Positions 1 through 8,458 of a DNA stretch of 39,322 nt are shown in pieces (positions within the stretch are counted from its first letter, which is position 1; each line of letters opens with the position of its first letter). Source of the stretch: Pyrinomonadaceae bacterium (GTDB lineage Bacteria; Acidobacteriota; Blastocatellia; Pyrinomonadales; Pyrinomonadaceae); contig JBAVPI010000698.1 of NCBI GenBank assembly GCA_049692915.1, positions 1 to 39,322 of the forward strand, in the 5' to 3' direction. The position numbers were made by a program, and so were the translations under genes. The notes beneath the pieces are model-generated. The model did no database searches. It was not told the DNA's origin and was given only the letters and a program-made list of their open reading frames with translations.

Positions 1-1071
1 GAGCGTTGCTTCGAGCGCGGCGAGCGCGAGTTTGTCGGCGCGCAGTGCGCGGTAAAGCGGCGACTTGCGAAGTCGCTCGACGAGTTCGCGCCGCCCGACG
101 ACGAGTCCCGCCTGCGGGCCGCCGAGCAGTTTGTCGCCGCTGAAAGTCACGATGTCCGCGCCTGCGGCAATCGAGTCGCGGATGACAGGCTCACCGTTCA
201 GGCCGTAAGGCGCGAGGTCTAAGAGCGCGCCGGAACCTGCGTCTTCGTAGAGTGGCAGCCCCGCGTCGTGCGCGAGCGTGGCGAGTTCGGCGAGCGCGGG
301 CGCGTGCGTGAACCCGACGATGCGATAGTTCGACGGATGGACGCGCATGATGAGACGCGTGCGCTCGCCCGCGGCGCGCTCGTAGTCGGCGAGCTTCGTG
401 CGGTTCGTCGTCCCGACCTCGATCATCGTCGCGCCGGACTGCGCCAACACGTCGGGCACGCGAAAGTCTCCACCGATCTCTACGAGTTCGCCGCGCGAGA
501 CGATCACCTCGCCGTCGTGCGCCAGAGTCGAGAGCGTGAGAAGCGCGGCGGCGGCGCAGTTGTTGACGACGAGCGCGCTTTCCGCGCCGGTCAAATCCGC
601 GAGGAGGTCTTCGGCGTGTGCGCCGCGACGCATGCTGCGCGCGCCCGTCGCGAGGTCGTATTCGAGCGTGCAGTACCCGGCAGCCTCGCGCGAGACGGCG
701 ACCCGCGCCGCGTCAGACAAGGGGGAGCGTCCGAGGTTCGTGTGCAGAATCACGCCAGTCGCGTTGATGACGCGGCGCACGCCTTCAGACGCTTCCTGCT
801 CAACCAGTTGTCCTAGTCTGTGCACGGCTTCTTGCAGCAGCGATGCGCGCGTTGACGAGAGCATCTCGCGCGTTGAATTGCTGCCGGCCATGTCTCCGTC
901 TGTGAGTCGCCCTTGAAGTTCCGCGCGCAACTCCTGCGTGACCACGCGTGCGAGCGCGACGAGACGCGGCGTGCCGGTGCGGACGCGCAGCGAGACGGCT
1001 TCGGGCGTGCGCAACAGCGCGTCAATCGAGGGCAACGCGCGCAAATTGTGTGGCTTGTCTTGGTCGGACAT
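1..1071 (-). CDS. selA: L-seryl-tRNA(Sec) selenium transferase SelA, first 357 codons (3' end runs off the left edge)
   Basis: Absent from the ORF track because it is open at the window edge. My reverse-strand translation from ATG at 1071 reads MSDQDKPHNLRALPSIDALLRTPE...VINATGVILHTNLGRSPL...IVTFSGDKLLGGPQAGLVVGRRELVERLRKSPLYRALRADKLALAALEATL. These are SelA signature blocks, including the PLP-lysine motif FSGDKLLGGPQAG. The frame stays open to base 1. Confidence 0.9.
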   Translation of the reverse strand, partial: MSDQDKPHNLRALPSIDALLRTPEAVSLRVRTGTPRLVALARVVTQELRAELQGRLTDGDMAGSNSTREMLSSTRASLLQEAVHRLGQLVEQEASEGVRRVINATGVILHTNLGRSPLSDAARVAVSREAAGYCTLEYDLATGARSMRRGAHAEDLLADLTGAESALVVNNCAAAALLTLSTLAHDGEVIVSRGELVEIGGDFRVPDVLAQSGATMIEVGTTNRTKLADYERAAGERTRLIMRVHPSNYRIVGFTHAPALAELATLAHDAGLPLYEDAGSGALLDLAPYGLNGEPVIRDSIAAGADIVTFSGDKLLGGPQAGLVVGRRELVERLRKSPLYRALRADKLALAALEATL

Positions 1072-1228
1072 GTCGCGTGTGTCGGGACGGCTTTGGTCAG
1101 TTGATCGAAAAAGAATAGCGATTGAAGACGCCGCTCCGCTTGGTTGCAGGCGAAAATTATTCTACGCTGTTATCGAGGCGGGTGGCTACCGCCCGTGCGT
1201 GTGAGTAAAGAGAGCAGGAGTTGGCGTT

Positions 1229-2545
1229 ATGACGAAGGCGTTACAGAGCAACAATGAGACGACGGACGCGCGTGCTTTGATCGGTGCGGCGGAGATCGGC
1301 GACGCGGCTGCTGTTAAGTCTTTGCTCGCGGCGGGCGCGAGCGTCAACAGGGCGCTTGAGAACGGCGAGACGGCTTTGATGCGCGCTGCCGCGAAAGGCC
1401 ACGCGGATGTGTTGCGGCTGTTGCTCGACGAAGGCGCGGACGTGAATGCGCGGCGGGACGACGGCTTTACGGCGTTGATCGTGGCGGTCTTCTTCGGGCA
1501 CGAGGATGTCGTGCGTCTGCTTCTCGCGAACGGGGCGGACGCGTCGGCGCAGACGCGGCTCGGAACGACCGCCGAGAAATGGGCCGCCTCCAGAGGTTTC
1601 GTGGAGTTGGTCGAGTTGCTGAAGGCGGCGGAAGCAGTGAAGGTTGCTCCCGTCGAAGCGACGCGACGCAACATCGAGTCGGCGCGACACGAAGTAGAGA
1701 GAGATAACTCTGTCGTCACGGAGGAAATTCTCTCGGTCTTTAGCGTCACTAAAGTTGATAAAGTTGATGCCCCCGCGCGCTCAATCGTCTCATCGGAAGA
1801 CAGCGAAAAGATTGAAGAGGTGGGCTTGGTTGACGCGGGCAGGGCCGGTGCGAAGATGAAGGCGTTGCCCCCGCCGCCTTCATTCGGGGCGCGCGTGAAG
1901 TCGTCTCTCACGTCTTGGCCCGTCATGTTGGTCGCGCTGCCGCTCGTGCTCGCGTCAGGTATTGTCGGCTACGTCATCCGGGAGAAGTCGGGTCAGCGCA
2001 TTAATAGTTCGCCGTCCACCACGCAGGGGGTCGAGAGTCCGCGCGAGGGGGTTGCGTCACAGCCGGTCGTGCCGCAGACGTTACCGCCCGCGACGAACGC
2101 GGAAGTTCAACCCGTCACGCCGGGCGTGCCGCAGGACTTGCAGGGCGCGTCGCTACCCTTTGGAACGACCGGCCCGCAGCCCGACATCGTTAGTCCCGCG
2201 AGCGGGACGTTTATCGCGCCGGTCAGTTCGATTCCGCCTGCCGCCGCCGACAAATTGCCGTCGGCCCCGACCGTGCTCTCGGAGAACGGCGTCGAATCGT
2301 TCGAGCGGGGACAGTCTTCAAGTCGTAGCAATCAGACCCCGGCCCGCGTGCAAACGACGCTCCCCGACGGGGGCGGAAGCGTCGAGCGGGGCGCGGCGGG
2401 TGCGGGCCGGAACGATTCTCCGCAACGGACTGCAAGACAGGACGCCGCTTTGTCGTCACCCGCCGCTCGTTCGAGTACCGATGTGTCTCCCGTCGCCCCC
2501 GCGCCGCAGCCCACGCCGAAGCGGAAAGTGATTCAGTGGCCCTGA
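1229..2545 (+). CDS. Ankyrin-repeat protein with one central TM helix and a Pro/Ser/Ala-rich C-terminal tail
   Basis: 438-aa ORF. The N-terminus has about 4 ankyrin repeats (GETALMRAAAKGHADVLRLLLDEGADVNARRDDGFTALIVAVFFGHEDVVRLLLANGAD). A hydrophobic segment WPVMLVALPLVLASGIVGYVI follows, then a low-complexity proline-rich tail. Confidence 0.85.
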   Translation: MTKALQSNNETTDARALIGAAEIGDAAAVKSLLAAGASVNRALENGETALMRAAAKGHADVLRLLLDEGADVNARRDDGFTALIVAVFFGHEDVVRLLLANGADASAQTRLGTTAEKWAASRGFVELVELLKAAEAVKVAPVEATRRNIESARHEVERDNSVVTEEILSVFSVTKVDKVDAPARSIVSSEDSEKIEEVGLVDAGRAGAKMKALPPPPSFGARVKSSLTSWPVMLVALPLVLASGIVGYVIREKSGQRINSSPSTTQGVESPREGVASQPVVPQTLPPATNAEVQPVTPGVPQDLQGASLPFGTTGPQPDIVSPASGTFIAPVSSIPPAAADKLPSAPTVLSENGVESFERGQSSSRSNQTPARVQTTLPDGGGSVERGAAGAGRNDSPQRTARQDAALSSPAARSSTDVSPVAPAPQPTPKRKVIQWP

Positions 2546-2561
2546 GCCGGAAAGTTAAACG

Positions 2562-2591
2562 TTGACACCCGCGCGGCCCAGCACCTAGACT
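2562..2591 (+). promoter_or_regulatory. Sigma70-like promoter candidate for the 2649 gene
   Basis: TTGACA (2562-2567), an 18-nt spacer, then TAGACT (2586-2591), about 60 nt upstream of the ATG at 2649. Confidence 0.4.
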
Positions 2592-2648
2592 CGAAAGTAG
2601 CCGCCCGCGCAATCCCTTGCGTGGGCCGAGGAAAGGTCACACCCGCCG

Positions 2649-3272
2649 ATGCGAGAAAATAAATACACACGACACGCCAAGGAAAGAGACAGAAAAACTC
2701 TCGTCGGCGAGTCGCAACTCACCGTTGACGAGCAACTCACGCGTCTTGAAGAAGACATCCGCCGCCTCAAAGTCGAGTTCGACATCTACTTCAACGGCGC
2801 GGCCAAGCGTCCGCCCTACGACACGAAGGGACGCGTCGAGACGATCATCAAGCGCCTCGCGGACGACCGTACGCTCGCCTTCGTACAGCGTTACCGCTAC
2901 AACTCGCTCGTGGCGCGTCACACATCTTTTCTTCAACTCTGGCGTCGCACGATGCAGGATCGAGAAGAGGGACGCCACGCCCTCGCGCGCGCGTCTGCGC
3001 AGAGGGACGTTGAGCAGGAGACTCAGCCGTTGAGCTTCGTCTGCGCCGACGCGCACAATGATATCGCGACGGTCAAGCACCTGTTCGAGTCGCTCGTCGA
3101 AGCCAAGAAACAATGCGGCGAGGCCACCGACGATCTTTCATTCCCGCGCTTCCATCGCATGATTGCTTCCAAGACCGACGCGCTCAAAGACCGCGCGGGT
3201 TGCAAGCGCGTACACTTCTCCATCGCCGTCCTAGACGGTCGCGTCAGCTTCAAGGCGAAGGCCGACAAGTAG
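2649..3272 (+). CDS. Conserved hypothetical protein (coiled-coil N-terminus)
   Basis: 207-aa ORF with host-like codon bias and an ATG start. I recognise no catalytic motif. The sequence LTRLEEDIRRLKVEFDIYFNGAAKRPPYDTKGRVE has the look of a conserved family, but I cannot name it with confidence. Confidence 0.65.
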   Translation: MRENKYTRHAKERDRKTLVGESQLTVDEQLTRLEEDIRRLKVEFDIYFNGAAKRPPYDTKGRVETIIKRLADDRTLAFVQRYRYNSLVARHTSFLQLWRRTMQDREEGRHALARASAQRDVEQETQPLSFVCADAHNDIATVKHLFESLVEAKKQCGEATDDLSFPRFHRMIASKTDALKDRAGCKRVHFSIAVLDGRVSFKAKADK

Positions 3273-3351
3273 CAATTTCAAGGGAGTGGATTAGTCGGTC
3301 GCAGTATCAGTTCAAGTCGCGGTGTCAGTTCAATCTGGTCACGTCAAAACG

Positions 3352-3391
3352 GAGAGGGCGCGTTCTATCGAAAAATAGAACGCGCCCTCTC
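3352..3391. terminator. Hairpin between convergent genes (candidate bidirectional terminator)
   Basis: GAGAGGGCGCGTTCTAT / loop CGAAAA / ATAGAACGCGCCCTCTC gives a 17-bp perfect stem. On the minus strand it is followed by GTTTTG. It lies between the 2649-3272 (+) and 3514-3723 (-) genes. Confidence 0.55.
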
Positions 3392-3513
3392 TGCTGTTAC
3401 AAGCTGTCTTGCTTTCCTGAGTGCCTTGCTTCTTGAAATTGCGCTTGCCGGCTTTGCGAGCAGACCGGAAGCGGTCAGTGGCCTTCAAACGAAAGCTCGT
3501 GAGGCGGGGGAGA

Positions 3514-3723
3514 TTACATCATCTTCGTGACGTTTTCAGCCTGCGGGCCTTTGGGGCCTTGCGTCACCTCGAACTCGACTTCCTGTCCCTCTTCGAGAGT
3601 CTTAAAGCCGTCGCCCTGAATGGCGCTGTAGTGCACGAAGATGTCCGAAGAGCCGGGCTGCTCGATGAAGCCGTAGCCCTTCGCGTTGTTGAACCACTTG
3701 ACCTTACCGGTAATTCTAGACAT
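3514..3723 (-). CDS. csp: Cold-shock protein, CspA family
   Basis: 69 aa: [68 protein letters not shown]1 (KGYGFI) and RNP2 (VFVHY-like) motifs are present, and AGGAGG lies upstream. Confidence 0.95.
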   Translation of the reverse strand: MSRITGKVKWFNNAKGYGFIEQPGSSDIFVHYSAIQGDGFKTLEEGQEVEFEVTQGPKGPQAENVTKMM

Positions 3724-4053
3724 AGCAAACGAATCCTCCTAACGATTCGGTAAATGGGCGAGGGTAAAACTTAGTCTCGCTCGCCCGCAAGGTTGATTGT
3801 TGACTTAAGCCGGCGCGCACTGAAGATGTGCGACCGTGTGGACATAGAAAAGTCCGCGACTGGCGAACCGGCGTCTGGCGCTCTCGTTCGACCATTCACG
3901 GACTGACAGGGAACCACTGAAACTTCATTGCTGTAGTGCTTGCAAATCTAACAAGGGGACGAGGTTAAACCAGAACCCGGCCTCACAACGACGGCGCATA
4001 CTAAGCGAAAGCACGCTGAGGTGTCAAGCATAAAATACGCGCCGTTTGAAATT

Positions 4054-4935
4054 CTATTTCTCGCTCTGCGTCGCCGAATCGAGCCGAATCGGCAGATAAC
4101 TGTCTGGATTCACGGCCTCGTCGCCGATGCGTACTTCGTAGTGCAGGTGCGGCCCTGTGGAGCGGCCCGTCGAACCGACCTGACCGAGTTCCACGCCGCG
4201 CTTGATCTCCTGTCCTTCGGCGGCCTCAAGTTTCGAGAGGTGGCCGTAACGCGTCGTCAGGCCGTTGCCGTGGTCAATGATGACGATGTTGCCGTAGCCG
4301 GTCTGTTGCCCCGCAAACGAGACGATTCCGTCAGCCGCGGCGACGACCGGCGTGCCGCGCCCCGCGGCGATGTCCTGACCCATGTGAAACTCGGAAGAGG
4401 CGTAGCCGAACGGATTCCGGCGTGAGCCGAAGCCGTCGGTCAACTCGCCTTCAACCGGCCAGATCGAGGGGACGCGCGCACGCTCGCGCAACGCCGCCTC
4501 GTACTTCACGAGCGTCTCTTCGACGTGCGCGGCGCGCGCTTCGACGGCGGCGACCTCCGCATCATTCAAATTAACGGCGGGGCCGCCCTGCCCGTGCGGA
4601 CTCGTGCCCTCTTCTTCACCCTGCGAAACGCCGGACATCTCGGACAGGCGGCGCGAAGCGTCTTCGATGGCGTCAACGCGATTTTTCAGTTGATCGAGTT
4701 GGTGGCGCTGCCGCTCATTTTCAAAGCGTAGTCGCTCGTTTTCCCGCTCGACGCGGGCGTGCGTGGTCTGCTGAACGAGGCCGTAGACGCCGTAGAAAGC
4801 GGCGCAAAAGACCAGCGTGGCGGCGAAGGCAGAGGCTTTCAGCCAGCGTTTGTGAACGGAAATGCGACGAATGCGGGAACGTGAACGCGAAGTTCGGGCC
4901 ACAATAAAAGCGTAAAAACGCTCGTCTCTGATCAT
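4054..4935 (-). CDS. M23 (LytM-type) metallopeptidase with N-terminal TM anchor and coiled coil
   Basis: HMGQDIAA (HxxxD) and GPHLHYEV (HxH) motifs, plus YGNIVIIDHGNGLTTRYGHL. The ORF is open up to 5193, but the ATG at 4935 is preceded by AAGGAG with a 9-nt spacer and is followed by the TM segment. I therefore prefer 4935, which gives 293 aa. Confidence 0.88.
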   Translation of the reverse strand: MIRDERFYAFIVARTSRSRSRIRRISVHKRWLKASAFAATLVFCAAFYGVYGLVQQTTHARVERENERLRFENERQRHQLDQLKNRVDAIEDASRRLSEMSGVSQGEEEGTSPHGQGGPAVNLNDAEVAAVEARAAHVEETLVKYEAALRERARVPSIWPVEGELTDGFGSRRNPFGYASSEFHMGQDIAAGRGTPVVAAADGIVSFAGQQTGYGNIVIIDHGNGLTTRYGHLSKLEAAEGQEIKRGVELGQVGSTGRSTGPHLHYEVRIGDEAVNPDSYLPIRLDSATQSEK

Positions 4936-5327
4936 CGGAGTGTGCTCCTTGGGCGTCCCGTCCGCGCGCGTCATGGGGGGAAACGCGCGGATGAACGCGA
5001 AAGGCACTGTGTCCCCTAGAAGGCGACGAGTGCGAAAACTACAAATGTTGGGTTCTGACTGTAGAGCGAGACCCTTCCTGAAGGTGCAGGCGAAGACCCG
5101 TTCTGATGACCTGACGGTCGAGCGGGCAACTGACAACTGCTGCACAAGGGTCGTCACCCTATCACACGAAAAATCCGATTGCAACCGCCGCAAATCCGTG
5201 TTGCAGCAGTTGGCCGACCATCACGCCGCCCTGCGACGGACAGTCAAAGGCCCACGCAGCCGACGCCGCAGGGCGTCCCTAGCCGGTGGGCCTTGTGATT
5301 TATCCGCTCCTACTTCTTAAGCTGTCC

Positions 5328-5549
5328 TTAGAGTTCTTCCGCCGAATGACGACGACGCCCGCGCCCGCGCGAAAGCATCATCAGCACGATGAGCAGCATG
5401 AGACCGACGAAAGCGATGACGAGCGCGGCCTTGATGGCGAACATGATGAAGCCGACAAAGACGATGAGCTGTTTGAGCAGCGCGATGATGAGCACGATGA
5501 TGGTGGCGATGCCGCCCCACCGACCGGCTGTTAAGAGAAAAGCTGACAT
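5328..5549 (-). CDS. Small membrane protein (2-3 TM, basic C-terminus)
   Basis: MSAFLLTAGRWGGIATIIVLIIALLKQLIVFVGFIMFAIKAALVIAFVGLMLLIVLMMLSRGRGRRR. GAAGGAG lies 9 nt upstream of the ATG at 5549. It is the last gene of the sigma/anti-sigma gene string. Confidence 0.55.
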   Translation of the reverse strand: MSAFLLTAGRWGGIATIIVLIIALLKQLIVFVGFIMFAIKAALVIAFVGLMLLIVLMMLSRGRGRRRHSAEEL

Positions 5550-5709
5550 CTGATAAATCTCCTTCCACAACCCGAACTCAAATGCGCGGCGGGCGACAGT
5601 CCATCGCGCAGCGCGCTACTTCTTGAAGACCACTCCATCTTATCAAACCTTCGCGCCCTGCGGCGAGGCGACGACTTTTCGGTGCGCTCAAACTCCGGCG
5701 ACTCTTTAC

Positions 5710-6495
5710 TTAAGCGCGCGGCTCGTTGGGCCACATGCCGATCTCGCGCGCCGAAACGTGTGTGGCGAGTTCGCCCGTGCCGAACTTCGTCAAGTCCGAC
5801 GGAAGCGACGCGAGCGACGCGCCGACCACGGAGGGAGGCCGTCGCGTGGCGTCGAAAGCTAGGGAGTCGCGCTTGCCGCCGCGTGCGCGGATGAAGTCGA
5901 AGAGCATGTAAGCGCCGAGCAGCAGGAGCACGACCGGCAAAAATTCGCGCACAGGCAGCCGCACGCCGAAAAGCGTGTGGAGCAGAAAGACGACGCCGAG
6001 CGTGACCATCGTCACGGCCCACGCGAGCGGGTTGCCGTAGAGCCGTCGCGCGATGGCGTCGGATTCGGCGTCGGGCGCGAGTCCGGCGCGCATCAGTTGA
6101 GCCGTGCGCGCCGCGTCCACCGCCGCGAAAAGCCACGTCCCGATGGCTCCGAGGATGAAGAACGCCGTCCCGTTCGTCACCGTCGCCATCTGGAAAAAGC
6201 TGGCGAAGATGGTGAAGTGGACGAGCGCTTTGGAGGTCTGGCCGTTGTAAGCCGCGCCGAGGCCCGGTGTCAGAAACGACAGCAAAAGCGCGACGAAGGG
6301 GGAGTTGCGCCGGCGGACGGCGGGCGGCACGGCGTCGCGCGCCCCCTTCTGTTGCAGAGTTTCGACACCCATCACGATGCAGTCCTGACAGTATGGAAAA
6401 CCGCGTATGCGGTGGTCGCAGGCAGGGCACAGCGGGCGTGTACAGTGGCTGCACTGTACGACCGCCCGGTTCGTCATGTGGTATGCGCAGTTCAT
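5710..6495 (-). CDS. B-box-type zinc-finger membrane protein
   Basis: N-terminus CAYHMTNRAVVQCSHCTRPLCPACDHRIRGFPYCQDC (Cys/His zinc module), followed by about 5 hydrophobic helices. Same strand as the anti-sigma gene and 80 nt downstream of it. Confidence 0.75.
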   Translation of the reverse strand: MNCAYHMTNRAVVQCSHCTRPLCPACDHRIRGFPYCQDCIVMGVETLQQKGARDAVPPAVRRRNSPFVALLLSFLTPGLGAAYNGQTSKALVHFTIFASFFQMATVTNGTAFFILGAIGTWLFAAVDAARTAQLMRAGLAPDAESDAIARRLYGNPLAWAVTMVTLGVVFLLHTLFGVRLPVREFLPVVLLLLGAYMLFDFIRARGGKRDSLAFDATRRPPSVVGASLASLPSDLTKFGTGELATHVSAREIGMWPNEPRA

Positions 6496-6574
6496 CAGCT
6501 TACCTCGATCCTACGATCACACGCTTCTCAAATCCCGCGTTGCATGCTCCGACCGCTGACGGCCCGACGCGTCC

Positions 6575-7399
6575 TTAACGCTTCTGCTGCTCCGGCTGCG
6601 GAGCGACGGCGGCGGGCGCGCTCTGACTCGGCGACGGCGCGGCCTTCATCTCCGCCGCACCTTCCTTTGCGGGCGTGGTGACGAGATTCTCGATGCCTTC
6701 CGTCACCTGCTTCAACTCGCTGGCCTGTTTCGCGCCGTGCTCGTAAGTCTGTTCGGCGAGACGCAAACTCGCGCGGTACATGCCGCCGATAGAGCCGTCG
6801 TCGGAGATCGTGTTGGTGCCGACGAAGACGGCGATTAAGATCATCGTGGCGACGGTCGCGAGTTGCGGAGAGACGACCACGTCGAGCCAGCCGCGCAACC
6901 ATTCGGCGATTCGTGCCGAGACGGGCGCGCGCACTTCCGCGACCTCCGTCGTGCCGAGCGTCGCTTGCAGAATGCGCTCGTGGAGTCCGGCGGGCACGGC
7001 GCGTTCCTCGCTGATGTACGAATAGCAAGCGCCGATGGAGCGCACGACCTGACCCGGCAACTCCGTGCAACCGGCGCACAGCGCGGCGTGGCGCTCCCAA
7101 CGGTGATAGAGCGGCGCGGGCAGGAAACCGTCAAGATAATCTGTCAGGTAATCTTCAAACTCACCGCAGGACATGGTGGATTCGGGCGCGGTCTGCGAAA
7201 GGATGCGCGCTTCGAGTTGGGGCGAGGGGGGCGGGGGCGTCGCCTCGCGGCATTCGACGAGGGTGTTTTTGACTTCGCTTAAAAGCTCGTGGCAGACGGG
7301 ACAGCGCAACGCGTGTTCCGCGAAGGTGCGACCCGCTCCGGCGTCGAGCGCGCCGTCAAGGTAATCGGTCAGACGATCTTCAAAATCTGAACACAGCAT
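6575..7399 (-). CDS. Anti-sigma factor with two tandem zf-HC2 modules and one TM helix
   Basis: Module 1 is MLCSDFEDRLTDYLDGALD...HALRCPVCHELL. Module 2 is MSCGEFEDYLTDYLDGFLP...HAALCAGCTEL. The TM segment is VVVSPQLATVATMILIAVFVG. GGAGAG lies upstream of the ATG at 7399 (the track ORF extends to 7444). The gene sits directly downstream of the ECF sigma gene. Confidence 0.78.
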   Translation of the reverse strand: MLCSDFEDRLTDYLDGALDAGAGRTFAEHALRCPVCHELLSEVKNTLVECREATPPPPSPQLEARILSQTAPESTMSCGEFEDYLTDYLDGFLPAPLYHRWERHAALCAGCTELPGQVVRSIGACYSYISEERAVPAGLHERILQATLGTTEVAEVRAPVSARIAEWLRGWLDVVVSPQLATVATMILIAVFVGTNTISDDGSIGGMYRASLRLAEQTYEHGAKQASELKQVTEGIENLVTTPAKEGAAEMKAAPSPSQSAPAAVAPQPEQQKR

Positions 7400-7502
7400 C
7401 TCTAAATTCTCTCCAACCCCTTCCACTCCTTCGGTGCACTGCAAAAGCGGCCCGGCCCCTCACCCTCATTCAAGAACGGGACGCCAACTTGAAACTTACC
7501 GC

Positions 7503-8105
7503 TCAAACGTCGCTCATCGCGACGACACGCATGCGGCGCAGGATTTTTGCCAACTCGATGCGCCCGCGATTGATTCGAGACTTGACCGTGCCTTCCGGTA
7601 TCTTCAACAGGTCAACGATCTCCTGATAGCTCAATTCTTCGATGTCGCGGAGGATGACGCAGGTGCGCAAATCCGTCGGCAGCTTGTCAATCCCGGCCTG
7701 CACCTGCTCGCCCAGTTCGTGCCGCTCCAACTCTCTCTGCGGCGTTCCACCCGCCGCGCGCAGATGATAGGTGTGACCTTCGAGGTCTTCGGCGTGTGCG
7801 TCCTGCGGAGCGCGCTGGCGTCGCCGGTAATCGTCAATGACTAAATTACGCGCGAGCCGCATGAGCCAGTTTTGCAAGTCGCCCTGCTTCGGGTCGTACT
7901 GATTGAGCGAGCGATAGACGCGCACGAAAACATCCTGCGTCAAATCTTCGGCGGCGTCGGCCCGCGAGGTGAAACGGTAGGCGAGATTGTAGATGCGCCG
8001 GGAGAACATCTGGACGATCTCCTCCCACGCCGCGCCCTCGCCCGCGCGACATCTCCTGACCAACTCGGCACCGTCGCTGACAGTCACGGCCTTAGCTACT
8101 CCCAC
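7503..8105 (-). CDS. ECF-type RNA polymerase sigma factor (sigma-70 family, group 4)
   Basis: Region 2 is AEDLTQDVFVRVYRSLNQYDPKQGDLQNWLMRLARNLVIDDYRRRQ. Region 4 is LPTDLRTCVILRDIEELSYQEIVDLLKIPEGTVKSRINRGRIEL. GTG start with GGAAGGGG upstream. Confidence 0.92.
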   Translation of the reverse strand: MGVAKAVTVSDGAELVRRCRAGEGAAWEEIVQMFSRRIYNLAYRFTSRADAAEDLTQDVFVRVYRSLNQYDPKQGDLQNWLMRLARNLVIDDYRRRQRAPQDAHAEDLEGHTYHLRAAGGTPQRELERHELGEQVQAGIDKLPTDLRTCVILRDIEELSYQEIVDLLKIPEGTVKSRINRGRIELAKILRRMRVVAMSDV

Positions 8106-8190
8106 CTCGCGCCCCTTCCGTCTCCCTCCGCCGGGCTTGACAACTTCGTCCCGCGTGAGTGGTTTCCGCCAACCCCTTGTCAGACGGACA

Positions 8191-8218
8191 TTACGACGGC
8201 TTAGAGGCTAAAGTTCCC
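8191..8218 (-). promoter_or_regulatory. ECF-type (autoregulatory) promoter candidate
   Basis: The minus strand reads GGGAAC-N17-CGTAA (GGGAACTTTAGCCTCTAAGCCGTCGTAA), about 85 nt upstream of the sigma start codon. This fits the generic ECF GGAAC...CGT(A/C) architecture. Confidence 0.45.
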
Positions 8219-8458
8219 GACGCCAAATCTCCCGGTAAACGCTGCCGCCGGCGAGTCGGACGAACCGTCCGCCGCGCGGTGTACGCGAGAGCGCATGCCT
8301 TGCGCCCACGGCACAAGATATTATAGCCTAACCGTGTTAGACTCGATATATTGTGGTTACAAACCGACGAAATTAAATATTGAGAGATAAAAGCGATGAC
8401 CGCGCCGGTCGTCGAATGATGAGCGCCGTGTCCGTCAGACTCGCCCGGAATCCATACT

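Noticed and set aside
268-1025. Track ORFs 268-816(+), 398-916(+) and 813-1025(-)
   Set aside because: They overlap the clearly recognisable selA reading frame on the minus strand. They are Arg/Ala-rich shadow ORFs typical of high-GC DNA.
1186-1926. 246-aa and 149-aa minus-strand ORFs antisense to the ankyrin gene
   Set aside because: They have low-complexity Ser/Ala/Arg composition and no start signals. The plus-strand frame has textbook ankyrin repeats.
4936-5327. Possible riboswitch (for example cyclic-di-AMP/ydaO type, often found before cell-wall hydrolase genes) in the about 390-nt region upstream of the M23 peptidase start
   Set aside because: I found only loose resemblances (AGGGGACAC, CGGGACGCCCA) and could not reconstruct the conserved pseudo-symmetric core. 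The region also contains hairpins that look like terminators of the upstream operon. It needs an Rfam/Infernal scan before any claim.
5531-6454. 307-aa Arg-rich minus-strand ORF and the plus-strand ORFs 5977-6681 and 6267-6578
   Set aside because: They are out-of-frame or antisense overlaps of the B-box membrane protein gene. Their extreme Arg/Ala/Pro bias is characteristic of wrong-frame translation of GC-rich DNA.
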